Shown here piece by piece: positions 54,430 through 64,000 of a stretch of DNA of 64,000 nt. The translations under genes and the position numbers were made by a program. The DNA is taken from assembly GCA_023213395.1 (NCBI GenBank), contig CM041465.1:91829741-91893740 (forward strand). Reading direction: 5' to 3'. This DNA comes from Cycas panzhihuaensis. Its lineage: Eukaryota; Plantae; Cycadophyta. The notes beneath the pieces were generated by a model, which saw only the letters and a list, made by a program, of their open reading frames with translations, searched no databases and was not told the origin of the DNA. Each line of letters opens with the position of its first letter. Within the stretch, counting starts at the first letter, position 1.

Positions 54430-54600
54430 GATGGTTATATGAGCAAGGATTGAGTTGGTTACTCTCCCTTGATGGTTATCTGAGCAGGGATTGAGTGGGT
54501 TGCTCTCCCTTAATGGTTATTTGAGCAGGGATCAAAACGGTTGCTCTCCCTAAGCTCTTCATTTACACGATGTTGAGTTAGTTGCTCCACCAAGTTTCAA
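54430..54600. repeat. ~41-bp tandem repeats (GGTTAT.TGAGCAGGGATTGAGT.GGTTGCTCTCCCT), left part of a split array
   Basis: Three clear units plus a variant; the same motif family recurs at 60740-61150. Confidence 0.8.
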
Positions 54601-54722
54601 AAGGTAAAACTTGTTATAGTTAAATCCTAGTATTCATATAATAATAGAAAAGACATGCTTGTGATATATCTAAATCTTATGGGTGAGCTATGTTACTAAT
54701 CTCCTTAGACTACTATTATTGG

Positions 54723-57700
54723 TGTTAACATAGCAGTTGTTTGTTAAGCCACTGGTTAATGTCGATGTGGTGATTTAACTTAATTATGATTAATGAAATG
54801 GTGTGAGTTATGCAAAGGGTTACAACCCTTATTAAGTGACACCTCTTAGAAGGATATAAAATCCTAGAGCCCTTGTATATTCAAATCAAGTAAGTGGTAA
54901 TCAATGTGATGTATTGATCTTTGTAGTGAGTTTTTTCTTGAAAGGCTTTCCCACGTAAATCCTATGTATTGTGTAACTGTTTTCTATGTATATCTTATTT
55001 GCTTATTATGCATGATAAAAGATTCTATAAAATATAAACATATATGTATATATTCATGTTCTTTAACATGGTATTAAAGTCATAAGATTCTACACAACTA
55101 AGATCGAAGTTAGGCAAAGCAATGAGATCATTGGTTGTCAGGTGATATTATCAAACCCAGGACGTTTCTTAAGGATCCATTTACTATAATGACTTGCAAG
55201 AGTACGCACAATGATCAATGGGGGTTAAGGAGGTGAAATTCACCTATCAATGAAGCAAAGGCATAGTTGGAGTCAGAATTCAGACATACAAGCCATATTT
55301 GTGGTTGAGTTTATTCATTGGGGGTCATTTGAAGCTGGTTGGTGATTTATGGCACTAATTGAAGCTAGCAAAGCATGTTCTAATGGTGATTTAGTGGTGG
55401 TAAGGACAACCATAGCTATATGCAAGTAAGTCGGTCCTACTCTTAATAAAAAACCATATAATCCAATATACAAAACAACCATTTACCATTAAATCATATA
55501 TTTCTCATCTAAGGGAGAGATTGGAGCCTAGATTAGTGGTTTTCTTCCCTTGATACGAGTGTTGGATAGTATATGTGGTTGTAGTAATGGTTATTTGATG
55601 AGTATTGGTCTTATGTTGAGTAGTGGCATCTTTAATTGAGTATGTCACCCTTCTTTTACATCTATGTGAATGAATTAAGCTTGAAGCAGTCGTGTTAGTA
55701 CTAGTTGCCCTATGCAGGAGTATCCTCATCAGTTGCGACCAAGCGTAAGTTGGCTTTGAAGTGTATTAAGGTGCAAGACAACTTATAGAAATTTGTGATA
55801 GCCGCATCCCTATATTTTTAGCGTTAACATGGGAACTTTAAATCAGTATCATTTAGATTAATTTTACTAAGTTTTGAACGTTAGTAAATTCAATTAATTA
55901 AGTGCCATTTGATTTAATCACGTGTTGAGATGTAGGATGAACGGATGTATATAAAAAGTCACATTTCATAGGAATATAGATTTTGGCATATTCTTAATAT
56001 AAAGTGACTTTATAAAAGGCCTTTGAACCATTAATATTTGATATATTTCAATTGTGAAGCATTATGGAGAGTTATATGATCATTTTTTAAGCCATTTGTC
56101 GTGTGGATTTGATTTAGAAGACTGTACACCTTATACTATATTTAGATTTCTTTATTTTTTGAACATATTTAAGGCAACTTAAGTCTTTTTTAAGACTTTT
56201 TAGCATTTTGAGGACTTTTTTTGAGCTTAATGGTGACGGGTGGGCAGTTGGTGAGCCACTCCAGCTTGCATAGTTATTATTTTATAATCCCTAGTGAGTG
56301 TGCCTGAGAAGGAGGCGATCACAATGGTGTAAGTTTTGCCTGGATGATTATATATTTATTAGTCTGGTAATATTAACTTATGTGTTAAAGCTTGCTTCTT
56401 GAGATGGAATATATGATGCCCAAAGTTATCTTTAATGGTAGCAATTTCAGTGAGTGGAAGGCCAACATGGAGTTAGTGTTGATGGTGAATCAAGTATGGG
56501 CAATTACTAAGGTGAAAGTAGTAGTGATCCTACTTGATCATAAAGAACATGTATGACTTGAGGAGAAGTAATTTATGGGCGTCAGATTGTTGAAATTATC
56601 ACTAATACTAAACTAGAGGCCTTTGGTTCATAACTTGGAATAGCCAAATAAATTCTAGGTAAAATTATATGAAACTTTTGAGAAAAAAAAGACGAATAGA
56701 TGCTTGGCCTTAATGTTGGAGCTTCTCAATTCTAGAGTAGAAGATGAGACTAACATAAGTTCACACCTGAATAAAATCACTGACTTGAAGAATAAACTAG
56801 AAGAGTTAAAGTCGAATTTGATTGATGATGCACTTTTATTTACAATTATCATGTCCAAGTTGCTAGCTACTTTTGCCACTTTTCAGACCATTTATGGTAG
56901 AGATAATGTGATGGAGATAGAAATATTTAATGGCATAAATAATCTTATTTTAGTAGGGATGCCAAGTTAAAACATTATGGAATACTTAGAGGTTTTGAGT
57001 TGAGTCAACCCTTAGTCATAAAGACACAAACAAAAGAGGTCATTCAGGAGGAGAAGTTCACACAAAGGTCTAAGGAAGACTCTCAGGAAAAGAAGAAATT
57101 CAATGGTAAATGTAACTACTGCAAGAAGGAAGGCCACATAGAAAAGAACTATTGGTTTAAGAGATAAGACAAATGCAAAGTTAGACATGATAATAAAAGG
57201 AAGAGTATTACAACATATTATATTAGAGTGTCAACCTTGTTAATCAAGTCAAATCGAAGAGACTACTAGATTTTGGACTCTAGAGCGTAAAAGCACATCT
57301 CCTTCCAGAACCATAAGTTTGATACATGGAGTGAAAATCATAGTGGTGCATAGATCATCCTTGGAGATGCTTGAGTGTTGCTAGTGGAAAGTGTTGGTGA
57401 AGTTTCCTTGGTAGGTGGTAAGTTTATAGGGGTCTATTATATACCCAAGATGCAATTGAATTTGCTTTCAGCTTGAGAAATATGTAAACAAGAAATGAAG
57501 GTGGAGCTTTATCATGATAAATATTTAATTAAGGATCTTAAGTAGAATTTCTATGTCATTACTACTAAGAAGGTTAGAGATAACTTTTGGGTGTTTGAAA
57601 AGCTTCAATCCCAAAAGAAGTTTTATGCTCTTATTGCCCATGTGGATGATGTGAGCAAGTTGTAGCATGATCACCTAGGTCACCTTGATTACAGAAGCAT

Positions 57701-60700
57701 TACACTACTAAAAATGTTGAAAATGGTGGAAGGGTTACATTCTGTTTCATGTTCAAATGATGTTTATAAAAGGTGCATGTATGGGAAGCATTATCGTTAT
57801 CCTTTTGCTTGGGACAATGCCTAAAGAATTAAGGAGAAGCTTAAGCTTGTACATACAGATGTGATGGGTCTACTCCCAAATCCTTCAATATTAGAAGCTC
57901 AGTACATCTTAGTATTTGTGGACGATTACACCAAGAAGGCTTGGGCATATTTCTTGAAAAATAAGTCAGATATATTTGATTGCTTTCATGATTAGAAAGT
58001 GAGTGTAGAAAATGAAAGTGATAAGAAGATAAGACATTAAGAAGTGATAATGGAAAGAAATACAATAATCATGCATTTAATCAGTTCAGTTGGGATCATG
58101 GTATCAAATAGAAGTTTACTATTCTATATATCCCATGACAAAATGGTGTTGTATAAAGGAAAACTTATACCATGATGGAAATGGTGAAGCATATGGTACA
58201 CTTGAAAAACTTGCCACTGATGTTTTGGGCAGAGGTTGTGGCGACTACTGTTTACATTCTGAACTAGGTACCCACTCAAGTAGTTTGTAGCATAATCCCT
58301 AAAGAAAAATGGACCAATTGTAGACCTGTCATTAGCCATTTAAAAACATTTAGGTGCATTTGATATGCACACATCTTAGACGAAGGTCATAAAAAGTTAG
58401 ATTGCAAGAGTTTGAAGTGTAATTTTATGGGGTATTTAGATTAAAACAAAGCTTATAGACTGTGGGATCCACAGGGGAGAAAAATTATGATTTGCTGCGA
58501 TGTCAAATTTAATGAGCTATCAATGTATCATGCTAAAAAATCATTAAAAGAGTCTTTTTACCCCCAACTACTTCCATTCTTAGATTCATTAGCTGAAAAG
58601 GACAAGGAGCCAATCATTCGAATTTGTGAGGAAGCTGGACTAAGTGGAATGAGTAATAATGAGGAGTTGTCAAATGAAGAAGTACCTCAAACACCAAATT
58701 CTTCTATACTATTATGTGCAAGGAAGACAATTGAGGATTCTAGAGTGGTGATGCATACCCTTACTAATGAGCAAAGAATAAGAAGTTAGCATGCCAATCA
58801 AACTCTACTAGTAAACACCAATAACTTTAGTAATCCTGATTTGTATAATGAAGCAAAAGGTGATTCACAATAGAGAGCTATAATAGAAGAGGAGCATGGT
58901 GGTTCGCTCATAAAGAATGACATATGGGATTTGGTTACGCTCCTTTCAATGAAGAACCTTATTGGATATAAGTGGGTCTCTAAGGCTAAGTTCCACTCTG
59001 ATGGAGAGGTGGATAAATATAAGGCTAGGCTTGTCGCTCAAAGGCTTAAGCAAAAGGAAGGAATTGATTATAAGGAGACATTTGCACTAGTTTCTAAGAT
59101 AATAATGGTCCATTTGATCATTTTCTTAATAGTTGCATATGGACATCAAGTCTGTATTTCTTAATGGGGGTCTAAAGGAGGAGATTTATATGTTGCAACC
59201 TCAGGGATTCATTAAGAAAGACCAAGAGCCTCATGTATACTAATTGAAGAAATCACTCTATGGCCTTAAATAAGCACCTTATGATTGGTATGAGAAGATT
59301 GATGCCAAGTTAAAAGCAAAGGGATTTATTATTCCTAATTTCAACTTCAATCTATATATGAAAAGGAGTGAGACCTTAATAGTAGCTATTATGTTGTATG
59401 TTGATGATTTGCTCATTAGAGGTAACTGTAATAAGCCAATTATGAGCTACCTTTGATATGATAGACCTTGGGAGACTTCAGTACTCCTTAGACATTCAAG
59501 TCAGGTAGATGGAAGATTAGATCATGTTATTGTAGACACAGTATGTGAAGAACCTACTTGAGAAGTTTAGGCTGTAAGATTACAAGCCAATTGTAACACC
59601 ATGTGCTAAGGGCATAAGACTGCAAAAAGATATGGCCAAACCCTTTGTAGATAGAATAAAGTACCACCATTTGGTAAGGAGTCTAATTTATTTAACTAAT
59701 ATTAGACCAAATATCACCTATGTTATTAGATTGGTTTATCGATATATGCAGAATCCTTAGGAATCGCATTAGGTTACAATGAAGCAGATTCTAAAGTACT
59801 TGAAGGGGGCACTCAATCTTGGTCTCAAATACCGTCATGGTGAGGAGATAAAGTTGTATGGCTATATTGATGTTGATTGAGGAGGAGGCTTTAATAATTG
59901 GAAGTCCATTGTTGGATACATCTTTGGTGTTAATAATGGATTTGTTTCGTGATAGTTAAAAAAATAATAAATAATAACGCTATCTCCTATAGGGGCAGAA
60001 TATCAAGGACTCAGTGTCGGTGTGAAGGAAGTTATATGGTTGCAAGGTCTTTTAGAAGTTCTTGGAGTTTCAAATGGGTATCTAATTATTTTCATTGATA
60101 ATTAGAGTACAATTCACTTGCCAAACAATCCAAAGTTTCATGCTCATATGAAGCACATTGAAATATAACACCACTATATTTATGAACATATTAAGTTAGG
60201 GAAACTACAGGTCAATTATTGCTTGAGTGAATATCAACTTATAGATGTCTTTATCAAAGTGCTTACTAAACATCAATTTACAAAGATGTGTACTAGATTA
60301 GGACTCATAGATGTTATCCTTGAGGCAGGATATATCAATAAGGATAAAGAAGCAGGATAGTCCCAGCCTTTATGATAACACAACTATTATAGGTTGTAAG
60401 TTCCCCATATTTACATTAAGGGGGGATGTTAATATGGCAGTTGTTTATTAAACCACTAGTTAAAATTAATGTGGTAGTTTAACTTAATTATAATTAATGA
60501 AATGGTGCAAGTTATGCGGATGGTCACAACCCTTGTTAGTGACACCTCTTAGAAGGATATAAAATCCTAAAGCCCTTATATATTCAAATTAAGAAAGTGG
60601 TAATCAATGTGATCTATTGTGCAATTATTTTCTATGTATATCTTATTTACTTGCTATGTATGGTAAAAGATTATGCGGAATATAAACATGTATGTATACA

Positions 60701-60716
60701 TTCATGTTTCTTAATA
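54723..60716 (+). mobile_element. Full-length, heavily degenerate Ty1/Copia element
   Basis: 5' LTR 54723-55068, PBS TGGTATTAAAGTC 55069-55081, gag from ~56404 (FNGSNFSEWK), knuckle CNYCKKEGH at ~57112, integrase LVHTDV, RT YKARLVAQ / YVDDLLI, RNase H, PPT 60416-60426, 3' LTR 60427-60716. The TSD is imperfect (ATTGG/ATTAA). Confidence 0.9.
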
Positions 60717-60721
60717 ATTAA

Positions 60722-63700
60722 GGGCAAAGGATGCCTTATAAGGTGGGGTTGAGTTAGGTGCTCACCTACACTTAGTTATTATTAATATCTACATAGGAGT
60801 TGAGTTAGTTGCTCCTCCTTGATTGTGCTCGAATGAGGATGGGATTGGTTGCTCTTCTCAGGTAGGGATAGAGTTAGTTGCTCTCCTTGAAGGATGGAGT
60901 TAGTTACTCTCCTTCAGCCATATCTATATGGTGTTGAGTTAGTTGCTCCACCTGTTGGTTGAGCCATATCTATATGGTGTTGAGTTAGTTGCTCCACTTA
61001 TTGGTTATTGATAAATAAGGGTTATAGTTAGTTGCACCCCTTAAGTTAAGGTTATTTGAGTATAAGGGTTGTAGTTGGCTGCTCCCCTTGAGTTTGGGTT
61101 ATTTGAGGATAAGGGTTATAGTTAGTTGTTCCCTTTGGTTTTTAGTTATACCCCATAGGTGTGTTACACAATAACGTAGTCCTTTGATATTAGTTTTCTA
61201 ATGATCCCCAAATGACTTGATATTATTGGTTTATTAGGGTATTATTGCATCATTTCTTCTTTTGGCATCAAGTGTTGCTATTAGACTTTAACTTGTCTAA
61301 TGGTCTTGTTTCTCATCTTCTCCTTATTGTCCAAAATTCTAAATGACTTTTTATCAAACTCCAAGTTTGGTCTTGCCACAAAGTTAGTCCAATCTAATAT
61401 ATGCTTTGAATTTAGCACATACACTTTTTAGTAAAGAAATGTGGAAGGCATTATGTACTTGGATGTTTAGCGAGAGTGCAAGTCTATAGGTAACTAAGCT
61501 TTCCCTTTCCAATATCTTAAAAAGCCCACAATTCCTCATAGTAAGCTTTTTACAAGCCTCTAAACTTATGCAACTATAGTTGGGCCTTACCCTTAAGAAT
61601 ACATGGTCACCAACCTAGAATTCTTGTTGTTCACTTCAGGTTTGCACAACTCTTATGCCTATCTTAGGCTACCTTTAGTTGTTTTTGAATGCTAACCACT
61701 TATCTCTCCATTCCCTGTAATATGTCTAGACCTAAAACATGTTTGCTATCTAAGTTATTTCAACTCAAAGGTATGTTACACCTCCTACCATACATAGTTT
61801 CAAATGGGCTTACTCCCAAGGATGAGTGGATAGAATTGTTATATGCAAATTCTACCAAATGTAAGTAGTTCCCCCAATTTGTAGGCCACTCTATAGTGTA
61901 TATCTTAAGCAAATCCTCTAATACTTGATTCACTCTCTTGATTTGTTCATCTATCTCAAGATTGTATGATGTACTAAATCATAACTTGGTGCCCAACTCT
62001 TGGAATAATAATCTCCAAAATTTTGAGGTGAACTTGATGTCCCTATTAGACATAATAGCCTTGGAACAATAATCTCCAAAATTTTGGCACTCCATGTAAT
62101 CAAACAATCTCCTTCATGAATGTTTTTACAATGTTTGAGGCAATATTAGTTGAGCACATCGGTATGACGTATGTAGACTTGGTTAGTTTGTCCACCATAA
62201 CTAATATTGCATTATGTTATTTAGTGCCTCTCAGTAAGCCTATAATGAAATCTATTACAACCATTTCCCACTTCCACTCAAGGATTTCTTATAGTTGTAA
62301 TAGTCTAGTTGGATGTTGATGTTTCACCTTTACCTTTTGGCATGTTAAGAATTTGGTTATATAAGTCATAATGTCCTTCTTTATACCAGGCCAATAGAAT
62401 TACCTTTTTATAGTAGTATATGTCTTGTTATAGCTCGGATGTCCTGCATAAGGCATATCATGTACTTCATGCAAAATAAGTTCTCTAATTTTAAGACTCC
62501 GTGGTACATAAGTTCTTTGTTGATATGCCAAGGTACCATTCTCCAATTCTATGAACCCTAAAAACTTTTTCAACAACTTCATATTTATATTTCATCATTC
62601 TCCTTGTTGTTATAATACTTTCTTGGCTTGTTTATGTAGTGTGTCTCCTTCATTGGCTCTCAAAATAGAAGTAATTAAATTAGATTTTAGCATACATATA
62701 ACACCAACATGGTATATTCAACTTAGAGCATTATTAACCTTATTTTTCTTGCCTTTGATGTAACATAATTCAAAATCAAATTTACTTATGTATTCTACCC
62801 ATCTATATTGTATGTCATTTAATTATGGCTATGTGAAGATGTGATATGTTCATAGTTTAAACTTTCATCCCAACAAATAGTGTTGTCAAATTTTAAGTGC
62901 ATGAATGATGATCACAATCTTAAGATCATGCACATGATAATTCTCTTTATATGTCTTTAGCTTCTTAGATTTATAAGCCACTATTTTTCTACTCTACATA
63001 AGAACAACACCAAGTCCCTCTAAGCTAGCATTAGTGCAGACTAAAAACTCCATACCTAGGTTTAGTATGATTAATATGGGTGCTAAGGTAATCAAGTTTT
63101 TTAGAAATTAAAACATTTTCTCATATAATTTTATCTATATGAACTTCATTTTTTTCTTTTTCAAAGAAGTAATTAGGGTTGCAATTTTGGAAAAATCTTA
63201 CATATTTCTTATAGTATCCAGCAAGTCCCATGAAGCTTCACACCTCTTGAACACTACAAGGAGATGGCCAATCCATGATTGCCTTTATTTTTTTGGCATC
63301 TATAGAAATATCTTTAACTAAGGTAACATGCCTCAAGTAGTGTACTTGCTCCTTATAGAATTCGTACTTACTGAATTTTACATACAACTTGTGCTCTCTT
63401 AGTAATTATAACACTATTTATAAGTGCTTCTTATGGTCTTCTCTTATCTTAGAATAGACTAATATATCATTGATGAAAACCACCACAAATTTATATAGGT
63501 ACTATCTGAATATATTATTCATCATACACATAAAACTAGCTGATATATTTATTAAACCAAATGGTATCACTATAAATTTATAGTGAGTGTCCCTCATTAT
63601 AAATATTGTCTTGAAGATGTCTTCACCCTTAATTTTGATCAGCTAGTACCTATATCTCAAGTTAATTTTTGTGAACATTATTACTCCTCTCATTTAGTCA

Positions 63701-64000
63701 AATAAGTCTTTTAAGTAGGTGGCAGGTATTTATTCTTAATAATAACTTTATTTAATTATCTATAATTGATATACAACATGAGAGATCCATCCTTCTTCCT
63801 TACAAAAAATATGAGAGCTCCCCATGGTGATGTGTTGGGTCTGATGAGCCCCTTGTCCAGTATCTCTTATAGTTGCATATTCAACTTAGTTAATTCAGTT
63901 GTGGTTAGCTTGTGTGGAGCCTTGAAAATTGGTCTTGCTCTTAACAGGAACTCTATGGCATAATCTACATCTATCTTAGGTGGTAACCTTAGTAATTCAT
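60722..64000 (-). mobile_element. Degenerate Ty3/Gypsy chromovirus (Tekay/Del-like) pol and start of 3' LTR; continues beyond the window
   Basis: Minus strand: RT (IKNKYL, VIPFGL, FVVVFINDILVYSK), RNase H, integrase zinc finger ILHEVHDMPYAGHP (ORF 62400..62582), integrase core, VHNAFHIS and a chromodomain-like tail. LTR start TGTAACAC at 61168. Confidence 0.88.
60740..61150. repeat. Degenerate tandem repeats (GTTGAGTTAGTTGCTC core), probably within the Gypsy 3' LTR
   Basis: About ten units visible. They lie just inside the TGTAACAC LTR start (minus, 61168). Confidence 0.8.

Overview
Eukaryotic, land-plant DNA; long TE-filled introns and the element types suggest a gymnosperm-like genome (inference). 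One host gene is present: a 17-exon minus-strand kinesin (53014->35006, about 608 aa) with an ARK-type motor, no armadillo repeats seen, two probable GC-AG introns and a non-coding LTR element in intron 10. The rest is nested retrotransposons. These are a Tat-like Gypsy end carrying an antisense plant-mobile-domain remnant and a separate RNase H, a chromovirus with an internal deletion inserted in a LINE, several LINE fragments, a tRNA-SINE, and a Copia inside a Tekay-like Gypsy LTR. The most striking structure is a Copia element (14352-28359, TSD AATTG) rebuilt into a giant foldback: a ~7.1 kb arm (13443-20564) and a ~6.3 kb inverted arm (21663-27967) flank a ~1.1 kb loop. The inverted copy has replaced the PBS and sits directly downstream of the surviving 5' LTR, an architecture like that of Mu killer hairpin silencing loci. 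All coordinates were read by eye; no alignment or database search was run.
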